This document shows positions 51,036 to 64,000 of a stretch of DNA of 64,000 nt, one piece after another (the stretch's first letter is position 1; each line of letters begins with the position of its first letter). Under the pieces are notes generated by a model that saw nothing but the letters and a program-made list of their open reading frames with translations, was not told the DNA's origin and did no database searches. The position numbers and the translations under genes were made by a program. Source of the stretch: Podarcis melisellensis (lineage: Eukaryota); NCBI GenBank assembly GCA_964234715.1, contig OZ174288.1, one strand, 5' to 3'.

Positions 51036-52011
51036 TTAGTTGGCTCTGTTTATCATTGGCTCTGATTCCACCAACCATTGGCCACTCTGGTTTCCATCCC
51101 ACCAGTCCCAGTGGGCAAACAATTAAGCTGCAATTGGCCCCCTCAGTCCTGCATTCAGGGCCAGCTCTGCTCTTGGACAGTCAGGCAACTGCCTCAGGAG
51201 GCAGTTCTTTGGAGGCAGGGAAAACCACACAGCCTTTGCTGTACCCACTACACTAGCCTGCTATGTTCAAGCACAATTGAGGCAGTCAAGTATCCGATTC
51301 TGCATATGGATTTTTTTGTAGGGGAGGAGGGACATTGTCTTGTCCTTTGTCTCAGGCAGCAAAATGCCTTATCACCTCACTGTGTTTCAAGCATACAGGT
51401 TAATCCCTGCCTAAAGGATGGCTGTCTCATCCCAAAGCTATCTAATTTTATTTAATTATCTCTGAAGTCTGTATGTTTATCTTTTTGCAGGAAGGGGAGA
51501 GGAAGAGCGGGGGGGGGGGCGTCTGCTGACAGTGATGGTGCCCACGCAAAAGCACATCCTTTGCTTGCTTTCATCTCTTCTTAATGGAATGAAAAGCGGG
51601 GAATGAAAACATCCCATGGAAGGCTAAGTGTTCTCTTTGGAATGTGTTGGATATGGAGGAGGCCAGGAAGCTAAGAGTTTGGGAGGAATGTATGGTGGCA
51701 GCGAAGGTTTTCTTTAAATATATATATATGGCTGAAAACTGTTTTACCATAAAAAGAATGTTGACACGTGGGATGGTCTGGGCTGCCAGTTTTGGTTCTC
51801 ACCATTTCTCCAATCTTAAATTAATTTGTCCACATCTCTACAGCAAGTGATTTGTTTTCAATCTTCCTGAAAATTCGCCAGAATTTTAGTGTGAATTTTT
51901 CGCAAGGTATACAATTTCTTTGCAAGCAATTTCCACTAATGCTTTATATATTTTTTTGGTATATTATTTTTCACTAGTGTATTATACTTATTTGCAAATG
52001 GATTGTTGCTT

Positions 52012-53190
52012 ACAGATGGTGCAGCCTTGACAGCACACTATGAGGAAGCTCTATAGAGTCTTAGTGACCATTTTGCCCAAGTCTACATGGCTTTCCGCCT
52101 TACCATCAGTCTGACAAAGACCAACATCCTGGGTCAGGACATCGCCAGCACTCCAGGCATCAGCATGTGTGTTTGACTACACACATGCTGGTGGTAGACG
52201 ATTTTGTCTACTTGGGCTCCACCATAACCAGCAACCTCTTAATCAATGTTGCTCTGGACAAGTGTACAGTGGTACCTCGGGTTACATACGCTTCAGGTTA
52301 CAGTCTCCGCTAAGCCAGAAATAGTGCTTCAGGTTAAGAACTTTGCTTCAGGATGAGAACAGAAATTGTGCTCCGGCGGCACGGCAGCAGCAGCAGGCCC
52401 CATTAGGTAAAGTGGTGCTTCAGGTTAAGAACAGTTTCAGGTTAAGTACGGACCTCCAGAACGAATTAAGTATTTAACCCGAGGTACCACTGTATTGGCA
52501 AGGCAGCTATGGCTGCCTTCTCCAATAGGTCATGGGAGAATGTAATGCTAATGAGAGCACTGAGATAAATGTCTACCAGTCTTGTGTACTGAGCAGACTA
52601 CTTTATGGTAGCGATACATGAGCAACTTACACCCACCAGGAGCGATGCCACATGTGCTGTTAGGAAGATTTTGGGCATTACATGGCAGGATAGTCTAAAA
52701 CTCTGGTGTGCTTCTCCAAGCCCATATTGCCAGCATGTTCACACTCCTGCCTCAGCAACATCTATGCTCACTTGGTCACGTTGACAGAATGGAAGATGGC
52801 AGGATCCCCAGGGACGTGCTTTATGGGTCTGGCTTCAGGTACCAGACCTGTTGGCAAACTACCCCTGTGTTACAAAGATGTCTGCAAATGTGACTTGAAG
52901 GCTGGCAACATTTGCCCCACCATATGAGAATCCATTTCAGACAACCATATAGCAGCTGGAGACAATCAGTCATGTTGTTTATCCACAGCAGCGACCAGAG
53001 GAGGAATGACCACTTGGAGGAGCACATGGTAATCTGGATGCCATCATCTTCCCTGGCTGCAACAAAACATGTCTCTCCCACATCAGCCTCTGCAGTCACA
53101 GCAGGCACCGTAACTCTCCAATGGCTTGACTTCACCCCCGAAGCTGCACTCTTCCATCATCTCCTGAGACAGACGGATGACAACCAATGC
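52012..53190 (+). mobile_element. Degraded RTE-clade LINE (RT C-terminal half to 3' end)
   Basis: DGAALTAH...LTISLTKT...FVYLGSTIT...DKC|IGKAA...LGHVDRMEDGRIPRDVLYG motifs with stops and frameshifts. Confidence 0.85.
52267..52492. mobile_element. Tigger-like MITE inserted in the RTE
   Basis: Perfect 18-bp TIR cagtggtacctcgggtta...taacccgaggtaccactg with TA TSD. Confidence 0.92.
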
Positions 53191-53794
53191 CAGCCATGGC
53201 TCTTATGCATGCTTTCCTCTAATATGTGCATTTTTGCAAACACCATTTGGCTGGAGAAACGCATCTCGAAATTTGGATCAATCTGAATTGTGAAAGAAAG
53301 CTACATTTCAGTCTGCATGTTCTTTTGAGAAGTGTGAATTAAGTAGTTTCTCATTAAAATAAGGAACAAAATCAGTTTTCTCCCTCATCCCTAGTAGATA
53401 AGGGAGTATTATTCTAGCAAACAATGAAATCTTCTCTGCTATCAGTAATTGTGAAGGCCTGGTCTCGCCTGCCTTTGTATATTTGTTCTGTGTGTGACAA
53501 AAGGTGTTTAAATGGTACTAGAAAAATACAAATGGAAAGGAGGAAAGTGGCATATTTGCTTTGTTACGTTTCCAGTGTCTTTTCAGCTTTTTCAAAGCCC
53601 TCAAAATGCTGCACAATCCAGGCTAGCAGTTGTGCTAGCAGAAAGTCATTGTGCAACAGATTGTGTGATCTATTGTGCGACAGAGTTATCAGCCACCTGC
53701 TTACACTTTCTCTTGCACAAGAATGTTCTGATTGTGCAAAACATATCACTGGAAGAACAAATATGTCACCAAGCAACTTTTAACTTAGGTAAAG

Positions 53795-54135
53795 CCCCTT
53801 AGCCTGTGAGGAAAGCTTGAAGCAGCTGGGTATGTTTACCCTGGAGCAGAGACCATTCTGAGGCTGTAGTTAGTATTTCCATGTTCAGGTATTAGAAGGT
53901 TCAGTTGATGGGCCTGTAGTCTAAATGAAGAGAAATGAGATTTTGACTAAAGGCTAAGAAGATGTTTCTGATGATACAAGCTCTTTGATGGAGGGACAGA
54001 TTGCCTTGGAAGTGTGTGGAATCTTTCATTAGAAGTTTTGAGCCTGGGCTGGTTGGACATCTATCAGAGATGTTGCAGCAGAGGATGCCTTGCATCAGAC
54101 GGGGGTTGGACCACATGACCTTTGAGGTTACTTGC
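53795..54135 (+). mobile_element. CR1 3' end, degraded
   Basis: EESLKQLGMFTLEQR-like remnant and gggggttggaccacatgacctttgagg terminus. Confidence 0.7.
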
Positions 54136-54738
54136 AGCTTCTTTGATAAACTCACATGCAGAATCAAAGCTGTTCTCTAAAAGCTTACAGTATCTCTAAA
54201 AACTTGGGATCATTGTATTTGTATCTGTAAGCCTCATTGAATCCATATATGGAAAAAAGACAGGATACAAATAATAATAATTGTCAAAAACAAACAAAAA
54301 AACCCCCACCACACTGAATGATGGGATGCAGCTGCCTTATAAGAGGTGGGGTTTCCACATCCAGGCATGTTCCCATGTCCTGCTCTGTTTGTCTATTCCA
54401 CCCCTAGCTAGCAAGAGCTCAGGGATGATGGGAGTTGTAGTCCAACAACATCTGGAGACCCACAGGTCAAGAACCACTGGACTCTATTCTATCTTGGGGG
54501 GGAGTCATAGCTCAGTGGTAGACAATTGCATGCAGCGGGTCCCAGGTACAATTTATGGTATTTCCAAGCAGTGCTGGGGGGGGGGGAATCTCCTCCTGAA
54601 ACTGCAGACATACCATTCATTTAAAGCACCCCCTAAATATCCTGGGAAATATAGTTTAGCCCTCACAGAATTGGAATTCCAAGGACTGTTAACAAACTAC
54701 AGTTCCCAAGATTCTTTTTGGGGGTGGGGTGAGGGCTG

Positions 54739-54740
<2 letters not shown>

Positions 54741-54785
<45 letters not shown>

Positions 54786-55319
54786 TTATTATTTATACCC
54801 CGCCCATCTGGCTGAGTTTCCCCAGCCACTCTGGGTGGCTCCCAATCGAGTGTTAAAAACAATACAGCACCAAATATTAAAAATTTCCCTAAACAGGGCT
54901 GCCTTCAGATGTCTTTTAAAGATAGGATAGCTGCTTATTTCCTTCACATCTGAAGGGAGGGATTTCCACAGGGTGGGCGCCACTACCGAGAAGGCCCTCT
55001 GTCTGGTTCCCTGTAAACTCACTTCTCGCAATGAGGGAACTGCCAGAAGGCCCTCGGTGCTGGATCTCAGTGTCCAGGCTGAACAATGAGGGTGGAGACG
55101 CTCCTTCAGGTATACAGGACCAAGGCTGTTTAGGGCTTTAAAGGTCAGCACCAACACTTTGAATTGTACTCAGAAACATACTGGGAGCCAATTCAGATCT
55201 CCCAGGACTGGTGTTATGTGGTCCTGGCGGCCACTCCCAGTAACCAGTCTAGCTGCCGCATTCTGGATTAATTGCAGTTTCTGGGTCACCTTCGAAGGTA
55301 GCCCCACCTAGAGCACATT
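54741..55319 (-). mobile_element. L2 LINE 3' end (young) with (AAT)n tail at 54741-54785
   Basis: ORF 54789..55157 LVLTFKALNSLGPVYLKERLHP...RAFSVVAPTLW. Same subfamily as 9541-9960. Confidence 0.88.
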
Positions 55320-56013
55320 CTCTATTCTGTGTATGCAGCATGAGACCCTGGAAAGCCTCTGCCAGTCAGTGTGGACACTACTGAGCTGGATGGACCAAAG
55401 GGCTGACTCAGTATAAGGCAGCTTTCTATAAATTCCTAGGTTTGCTGTAAACATTTCTGCAGTGATGTCTGTGAAGTGGCTATCTATCCAAAAGCAAAAT
55501 AATAACAATAGTAGTACTGTAATAATAATGGCTATTTATTTACATGCCCAGATTCCTCTCTGCCCAGACAGATGTGATCTCTCTCTCTCTTTTTTATGAG
55601 GACGATGTGGGAAGGACCCAAATATATTTCCTCTGCCCCCCAAAAGTCGTATTTTGAAAAAAGTTAAAGGTAGAGGAACGGATGAAATGCTGGGAGTAAA
55701 AAAGTTAATTAAAAAATAAAATCCAGAGGAATGTGTCTCGGAGGCCGCGTTGCAGCCACCTGTCAAGAGTTTTGCTGCCTATAAACCTAAGAATGGGAGC
55801 CAACCTCGAGCGCTCTCCTTTAATTTTTAATGCCTCTCTCTCTTCTGGTCTCCACGGTGGCCCTGGCAGACGGAAGCTGTCATTTGGATAGACGCAGATG
55901 CAAGCAGCGTAGCCTCGTGCATGGACTCGTCGTCTGGGCCGTGACTGCAAACGCTGTTGCAGAGAAATGGCGCTCAGGTGGGGCTCTTTTTGGTAGGGTG
56001 GGGAGGTGTCTCA

Positions 56014-56202
56014 GGCAGGGCTGCCAATCTGAATAAAATATGGGGGAGCAGGTTAGTCCCACCCAGCATAATTGATCAGATGACACGGCACACGCACACC
56101 ATTTGAATAGTAATGCCCATCAACTTTAAGGGCAGCTGGCCCACTCAAATATTTTAATGGGAGGGGGGCAAAGGGACCTCAGCCCTTAGGAATTGGCTCC
56201 TT
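56014..56202 (+). mobile_element. Non-autonomous DNA element, inverse copy of ~40060-40250
   Basis: gcacacgcacaccatttgaat...aatgcccatcaactt vs aagttaatggtcattggcattcaaatggtgtg. Confidence 0.55.
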
Positions 56203-56770
56203 TGGTCTCAGGATTGCCCATTGGGACTGACAGCACAAAGGCAGGGAAATCAATAGCCTGTAGAGCCAGAGCCAATGGCAGGCAAAGCCAAGTCGCTCTG
56301 ATTTTGCCCTCATCCTCCTGCTCAGTTCTACATGGTCAACACTGAGATTAAGAAGTCAATGAACAGGCTGCCCCTGGACTGGATACAAGATGTCAGGCTG
56401 GTGGGGCCAGGCTGATGGCAGCCTGAGGTTGGTAGGTCCATTCACCCAAATGGACCAGCTTCCATGGCTTACTTCTCTGGGTCCCCTGTCAAATTCCTGT
56501 GAGTAGGACTTTCGGGGTATGTTGACCTGAATGAAGATCAACCTTGACCAAACAGCCTGTAAGATTCTGGTGACATGTCTCGGTGTTGTGCTTTTATATT
56601 TTGTTAGCCAATTTGCACTCTGCATAAGGGCAGGACAACAACAACAACAACAACAACTCCCTTCTCATGTTTTTTAGGGAAGTACAAATATGAGGAAATT
56701 ACAATAAGCCTCCAAGTGACTACAATCCAAAGGACTGCACTTCTAGAAGTTCTTCCTTATTAGAACAGTG

Positions 56771-56771
56771 G

Positions 56772-56797
<26 letters not shown>
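56771..56797 (+). repeat. (GT)n microsatellite
   Basis: Directly visible. Other STRs: (CAA)n 56636-56656, (TCAA)n 62001-62031. Confidence 0.95.
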
Positions 56798-56802
<5 letters not shown>

Positions 56803-58137
56803 CTCTTTTCTGCCCACTGGAGGCAGAACCCCTTGCTTTTTTTTGAGAGGGAGCAGCTATGAGAAAGAGCAAAATGTTGGCAACTCAAATAGAAGGGAGT
56901 CGACCCAGGTTCCTCTTATATGCCCCAACTTCTCCAGAGCTGCCTCCTCCTTTTGATGGGGCTATTCCCTCCCTTCACCAGCTCCCACAACTGACAGTCT
57001 CAGCCACCCTGTCCATTTGTGACACAGGGAGTCTGCAGTCAGTAGGTAGCAGTTAGAAGTGTCGGCGCAGCCTCCCATTATCCATCTTGGATGGTTGGGA
57101 GATGTAAGGAACACTACTTAGATGTATTTAGAAAGTTACTTATTTAGAAAAGGAAGGTGGTTTGCTTAAGACCTGTGGTTCTCTTCTCTACTTTCACAGG
57201 GTGGTTTTGGGGAAAACCTCACCAGCTTCAAATATCCCTGAAACACAAACACAAATACAGTGAGGGGACTGGCTCCCATGTGACAGCATCATCCAGGCAC
57301 ATCTACAGGGGTTGCAACTTCATCCCTGACTCCAGCCTGCCAATTTCCACTGGCTTCCACCTATGAATAGTCATTAGTTCATCCACTCATGCTCTACCTG
57401 GAGGGCAACTTCTGCCACCCCAGAATGCGTAATTCCCATGCATGTTGCATCTGGAGGGTGACCTACGTCACCCCTGACACACAACCTTCATATCGACCAC
57501 ATTTGAAACCCCCCATTCACAAACACAGACCCATTCACTCATCAGCTACTCCCCATTCATTCACATATCCACACAGCTTCTGTCAACAGGCTTCCAAATG
57601 TGGAATTTCAACTAGCTTATAACAGTCTAATTCAGTCTCGCAGCATCAACTAGCTTCCAAATACAAACTCCACTGGCTCCTGCCCACCGACACCTGCCAG
57701 GTCCTTTGGCAAGCATCAGCCAGCTGCCAGCTATGGATATCAGCTGCCTTGCAATCCCACTCAGCAAGCAAACGTGCTTTCTCCACACTCCACAGCAACC
57801 TCCTTCAGTTTGCCAGTTGACCCCCATGCAGAAGAAGACTACCTACTGCTGAATGCCACAGCTGTTTCCACTGTGTTCTCTTTGGGAAGGAAAAAGGCTT
57901 TTCCCTTGGCATTCCCCTTGGCCCACTCAGCCGCCATGTTTGTTTGTTTGTTTGTTTTTTGACATCACAGCAGGACCCGTCTCCACTACAGGCATTCCTG
58001 AGCAGGGATGGAGAAGACTCTCTGTCTGAAGGCCTGGAGATCCACTGGCATTCAATGTAGACAGCACTGAGCAAGATGAACCTATGATCAAACTCCACAT
58101 AAGGTGGCTTCCTATGCATTTTCTTGATGTGGGTGCT

Positions 58138-58271
58138 TTCCCAACATTTCTCCAATGAAAATAGGGACATCCTAAGGAAACGTGGGTACATTCTGGGATC
58201 AAATCAGAAACCGGGATGGCTTCTGTAAATCTGGGACTGTCCTTGGAAAATAGGGACACTTGGAGGGTCTG
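58138..58271. mobile_element. hAT-type MITE fragment
   Basis: Repeated aaaatagggaca subterminal motifs, ends acttggagggtctg. Confidence 0.55.
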
Positions 58272-61200
58272 AGCACTCTGTCTCACAGCACCTCACTCCC
58301 CACCTCCTCCAATGTCTGCTGCCTGAGGCAATGGCCTCACTCTGCCCAATGGCAAGGATGTCCCTGGTTCCTCTTTACGAAAAGGGTGCAGGATGCAGGG
58401 GGAGGCTTGTGTACCCGCAGTCGTCTGTTGGCTGATGCAAATTCTTGCTTACCCAATTCCTGAGGTCATGTAGGGGAAGCTCAGATTGTTAATGTTTTTC
58501 AAAGCACTTTCAATAGGAGTAATGATAATGCAGAGCAGGTGAAAAACCAAGCAATGCTGTCATTAAAATAATAGTTAGGTAGGCACCCCGCAGAAAGAAT
58601 ATGTGCGCAATCCATTAAAAGCATTTATACCATCATGCTGTAAACAGATGCCTTTTTTTAAAGAAAGAAAAAGGAACAGACGGCCTAGATCTTGCTTTCA
58701 ACCAAGAGCAGAATAAATCCCATTTCTTCCAAGAGGCCTATCATTGTGCTGTGTTGAATGGAGTTGCATTTTGGCCTCAACTTCCAAGCCTATTTGATGC
58801 CCTGCCCACATAGGGGTGGGGTTAGAATCAGGGTAATTGACTCTGATGAATGCAGAGCTGAAATTTCCCAGCTTCTCTTCCCCCTCACAAAATCACCCCA
58901 TTAGCAAAATATGGCTACTCTGCATAATTTTCTCTGAATGCTCTCACCTTTTCAATGCAGGTGACCATGGTCTCCCCCCCACCCCATAGGGCCCCACTTC
59001 CAGAAGCACACACCAGGGCTGAAGCAGGCACCAATGTGATGGCGCGAGTGATGCCATGACATCATGTCACACAAGCATGTGCATGCTGCTGGGTGCCTAC
59101 AATTTGGGGCCCAAGTTAGCGCATCTGCTGCACCCACTTTTGTCTCAGGTTCTTTCCACCACCGGAAGCCCCTGGAAGGCTGTCCAGAAGAGAATCTGGC
59201 CCTCAGCTGAAAAAGGTGAGCTACTGCTCTGTTAAAGGGTATGAGTAAGGAGGGAGGGAACTTGAAAAGGTGATGTCAGGAGGTACCCCTGTGCCTCCAG
59301 CCAAGTGTCTGCCCAAAGTTAACTTCCAAATGCCCACAAATTTCTTTGCCTCAGATTTCCACTTCTCTTTCACCTGCTGTTTGAGCAAGAGCCCAAAACC
59401 AAGTCTCAAAAGGGGGATACATCCTTGCTTAACAGCCGTCATTTTTATATCAAATCGAAGGTATTCATATTACATCTTCATCACTCCAATCTCCAGCTAG
59501 TAACACTATTGCAACTACTCCCTCCTGACAAGTATAGTCATTTCTCATTAAAGATATTTCATGTTTTATTCAGGAATTTAAATGAAGCTATCAGAGCCTG
59601 TAATAGCATCAGTTTGGGATAATTGTATCTCCGTGTTGCCAGCCTCCAGAGTTCTAATTAATATATATTTAGATCCCTGGCTGTCTTTAGGATGAATGGT
59701 GGAACGTAGAAGGGGAAATGATTAAAAAAGAGAGAGAGAGAGAGGGAATGTAGTGATGTTTGGATGAGAAAATCTTCAAAAGAAGGGAATTTGGGTAATA
59801 GCCCACAATTCTACTCATTTTTCCTGCTTTGCAACTATTTTATGATCAGAAATGGCTTTCAAAGCTGCACAGGCTTTTTCAGAAAGGGAAATTATTGCGG
59901 TATCACTTGTAAATTGGGGGGAAAGTTCCCAATTTTCCATTTTCCCTTGGCACCCTCCACCATTTGCATTCCTTAATGTCCAGACCTGTCTCAAAGAGCC
60001 ACAATCAATTGGAACCAAACTTTCCCTGCCATTGTCTGAAATGACTTTCCCTGTCATTGTCTTTCCTCTCTCTTTAATGGAAATATGTCCTTTCAGTTCC
60101 AATGAGGATTAATGCTAGACCTCATATGCTGATGTGGGCTGATGATGTCATAAGCCCCACACGTAGACTAGGCCTTTTGGCTATGCTCATTTGTGAGAAA
60201 GGCTTCGGGAGTAAACCCCGAGGGAAAATCTGCACCCGCTGCTTTGTGCGACATATTTGGGAGAAGAAAGGGTATGGAGTAAAGCCTACACAAATCTGGA
60301 GTGGACTTCTGAAGGTGGCTGGATAGCATTTTGTATGCCTACTTCTGGGAACTCCTGCAGCCAAGGTGACATTTGGCATAAAAATGTGCAGAGCGTCTTT
60401 CAGAAGGGTGCCTCCATGTCGGTGGTAGTAGCTGTGTGGGCTGGCTGTTTCATACAAGCAAGCTGTGCTGAGAAAAAGAAGCTCTACTGATTGGCCACTC
60501 CTAGCCAAGGCGTTACATAAAGTGTCTATTTAGAAGGGATCTGCTGTGTAAAACTTTGATTCTCTGCTTTTGCACTTCTGGATTGGATTGGAAACCAGCC
60601 TGGTCCCAAGAGATGGTGGGTCATTCCAGCTTGATAGGGGAACGTAAATAAAAGAAAAATAAAGAGAGAAAAGAATGAAGCAGAGATATTTCATCAGAAA
60701 GCTACATGCATAAAAATATAAATAAAAAAAGCAGACTCCTTGAAGGCATACCCTGCAGTTGTCTTGGGAAATGAAGGCCTTTAAAATAAGCAGATTCAAG
60801 ATGAGGTGAACCTGCAGAAGCTAATAATACCACCTGAGGTGTACTTGGAGAACACAAGGCTAGCTGACAAGTGCTGAATTTGGCGCTACAAACAAGTCCC
60901 TGCAGAGAGGCTTTGCGCTGGTGACAACCTAAGGCCTAAATTGACAATAGAGGCCTAACAAGATGATAGAAAAGATGAGTGGCTTATGCCAAGCCATCAA
61001 CTCCTCTCCGCTTCTTCCTGGTAATGTCTTCTGTAATCCTGTGATGTTACTACTTTCTTTATCTCCTAAGGTAGCCCGTGTCCTGTTCAGCTGTGGCTTG
61101 TGGTCCACAGGAGTGATTAGTAACTGTGTGGCATCCGGTCTGGGTCTGCTTCAGGCAAGGCAAGGCAAATCAGGACCCTGGCCAGCTCCCACTGGGCCCT

Positions 61201-61301
61201 CCAAGTTGAATCTGGGAAGATGTTGTTTCAGAAAAAGGCTCAGGTAGTGAGCATATGCTCCTGTTTGCTCTGCATCTAGTGGAGAGTAGAACCATGTATA
61301 C

Positions 61302-61621
61302 CAGAGGTCAGCAACCTTTTTAAGCAGGGGACCAGTCCACTGTCCCTCATACCTTGTGGGGTGCTGGACTATATTTTGAAAAAAATAATGCACAAATTCC
61401 TATGCCCCACAAATAATCTAGAGATGCATTTTAAATAAAAGCACACATTCTACTCTGTAAAAACACCAGGCAGGCCCCACAAATAACCCAGAGATGCATT
61501 TTAAATAAAAGCACGCATTCTACTCATGTAAAAACACACAGATTCCCAGGCCATCCGTGGGCAGGATTTAGAAGGCAATTGGGTCAGATCTGGCCCCCAG
61601 GCCTTAGTTTGCCTACCCATG
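61302..61621. mobile_element. hAT (Charlie-like) MITE with internal ~70-bp tandem duplication
   Basis: Exact 8-bp TSD atgtatac (61294-61301, 61622-61629). gccccacaaataa...gagatgcattttaaataaaagcac occurs twice. Confidence 0.85.
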
Positions 61622-62001
61622 ATGTATACCATATACAAAGCAACTGTACATGTATGAAAACAGTTAAAACAATTGCATGTATAAAAATAATTTCATATCT
61701 AATATAGTTACCAACCGGGATTCTTATTCACATTTCAAAAATATATTAGAAACAATCATAATATTAATTAACTACAAAAAAAATCAGTCCATACAACACT
61801 GTATAACAATACAATTAAGATAACCCATTTTAATAGCTTAAACTAAATATCATTGCACAGGACAAAATGAATTAAATAGCATAATTAGATTTAACTAAAT
61901 ACAAGGAAGAATACCAACACCAAAAACCGAGACATACAGAACATCACCATGTTCCACATGATGTACTTGTATCCAGTGCTTTGGTTTTGAGACTTAGTCT
62001 G

Positions 62002-62033
<32 letters not shown>

Positions 62034-63024
62034 GTTAACCGTTATTACACCCTCAATAGATGAGGATTCTAATCCAGAATTTCAATGCTTTCGTTTTGGC
62101 TCAGGTGGCATGTTGTTGAAAACACACCTTGCCACAGTTGTTTTTAACACCTATATCAGTTCTTTCATGATGGGGGAGATTGGAGCTCAGAAATGAATTT
62201 TCAGAAACATTTCCTTATGATTTGTTTATTGAAGACATTTATATGCTGCTTGATCGTGGGCGTTTCAAAGAGGTCTACACAAAAATAAACCATACAGAGA
62301 AACAGACAATAAAAAGTCATAATGAAACTGACGGTGGCCTTCACACCTCAATAATATTCAGCAATTATAGTCTGTACTATTTATATACTACCCTGCAGCA
62401 TGCAAGAGCTTTGCCAATTGCTAGGCACATGTATTTCACAAGTTATATGCTAGCTCACAGCAACCTTACAGGCTTGTGTGTTACAGTTACTGCTCACAGC
62501 TACTGTTTGCAGTTTGATTGTCTTGATTTTTATGAATGGAAATTTATCACATTTGCTCCTGTTTTCTGTACAGGAGATCTGAGGGACATGGCTGCCCCCA
62601 TAGGTTCAGGAAGGTAAACCTTTTCTCTCTCTCTCTCTCTTTTTGCTCTACAATGCCCACGGCAAGTGACAGAAACTCATAAACTTGTTCATATGGGATA
62701 CGGCACACAGGTCTAATTTACATCAAAGTCATAAAGTCCTCATCTTGTTCACATGTTTTATGGTTTAAAAGACATTGACTTGAACACAGGTAGGACCTAC
62801 AATAAAGTCAGACTCCTTGTTCACATGTTATATGGAGCAGAGGACAATCTAGAGAGGAACACAGGCTTGTCTGGAAAAACCAACATGTGAGTGGAGATGA
62901 CCTAGTTAATCTTCATTCGCCCTTTTGCCCCCCATGAGTTAGAGGGTGAATGTGTGAAGCGGGGAGCCTGCTGTACTTGTGGGGGATTCCCAGTGTGATT
63001 TAGAACCCTATATAATCTTGTTTG

Positions 63025-63900
63025 CATGGACAGGCGGAGTCCCCCAAACTGAGGGCGGCCCCCATGTGGAATAACGACTCAAGACAACTTGCTATGACAT
63101 TAAAATTGGCCACAACTTTATTATGTTTCTCTATTATGTGGGTAGACCGTGGCTCAGGCATTGGGTGTTTATCCCTCCCAGTCCCCTGCCGGGGATCTGG
63201 GAGACATAAGGGTTATCCAGGTGTGTGTGTGGGGGATAGGCTGGCTCTGGAGAACATATGTTCAAGCAGAGAGAGCGCCTGCATTATGCCACCGTCGCAG
63301 GGGAGAGCAATGATGACCTCTAGGCGTACGGCCAAAGCCTCCCCTCAAACAACCCCTTTAATGGGGAACCCTGGTATCACTGCCGTGAAGAGGAGGGGTG
63401 TGTGGGTCACCGCTGTACCCCCCCATTCAGGGAAGATAGACTAAAGGATTCTGCCCAAGGCCTGATACCGCCAAAGGCAATCCTGCCAATGCAAGAGAAT
63501 TCCTTTCTGGCCCTTCAACAGTGACCCTGACTTAACAGCATCTGCATACCTGTGGAGAAAAGGTTAACCTGCTAAATAAGTCTTAACTGAGGGTGGGTAG
63601 GATGGGACAAGCTCTGGAGCCAACTGACAATTCCCAGGTAAGATCCTCCCTCTATTGTGTGGGCAGGTGATCCCTCCCCCTACCTGGCCTGATCACCTTG
63701 GCAACACTTCCCCAGGTAGGATTGAGTAACTGACTGAGGTAGGCGGAGACCTCCAGGTATCCCACCTGGGGGGAGGCGAAGCCAAGCCTGTGTTAATGGT
63801 GCTGCATAGGGTCCAGGGGCTGTGCACGACCATGCAAAGGGCGCCCCCCCATTTAATGTGGGGAGCGGTCATTCTGAACTGTGCAGGGAATCTTTGCAAA
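63025..63900 (-). mobile_element. Probable LTR related to 43397-44416
   Basis: Identical 17-mer ttggccacaactttatt (63106-63122) followed by aggcattgg, GC-rich body. Ends approximate. Confidence 0.5.
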
Positions 63901-63904
63901 AAGC

Positions 63905-64000
63905 TTCCGGACAGTCAAAAGGAGATACTTCTTCACCCAGTGAATCTTTAAACTATGGAATTCACCCCTGCAGGATGTGATGATGACCACTAAATTGGTT
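63905..64000 (+). mobile_element. CR1 3' fragment running off the window
   Basis: ggacagtcaaaaggagatacttcttcac...aaactatggaatt, as at 15080-15125. Confidence 0.65.

Noticed and set aside
57290-57480. Weak repeated catctggaggg/cacccc units, array-like
   Set aside because: Too degenerate and irregular to call a tandem array.
1-64000. CRISPR arrays, operons, endogenous viral ORFs or a novel multi-gene system
   Set aside because: Eukaryotic intron/intergenic DNA; no regular repeat-spacer array, and every credible coding signal is MCTP2 or a LINE remnant.

Overview
Vertebrate genomic DNA, almost certainly from a squamate and most likely a lacertid lizard (inferred from young Sauria SINEs, a Squam3-type SINE and Bov-B). 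The only host gene is the 3' end of MCTP2 on the + strand. Six coding exons (10894-11016, 18377-18418, 26028-26137, 29462-29571, 30585-30682, 33307-33375) have canonical AG/GT boundaries and splice in frame to the transmembrane/C-terminal region, ending ...RKKRSAL*. The rest is intronic, 3' UTR or intergenic sequence dense in repeats: L1, L2, CR1, RTE/Bov-B fragments, Sauria/Squam SINEs, hAT, Tigger and Harbinger-like MITEs, solo LTRs and microsatellites, with several nested insertions. Downstream of the gene are repeat-free, motif-rich blocks that look like conserved enhancers of the MCTP2-NR2F2 gene desert (inference from known amniote synteny). Almost all other ORFs in the track are spurious or TE remnants. 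I found no convincing novel coding system. Repeat family names were recognised by eye, not by database search, and boundaries without TSDs are approximate.
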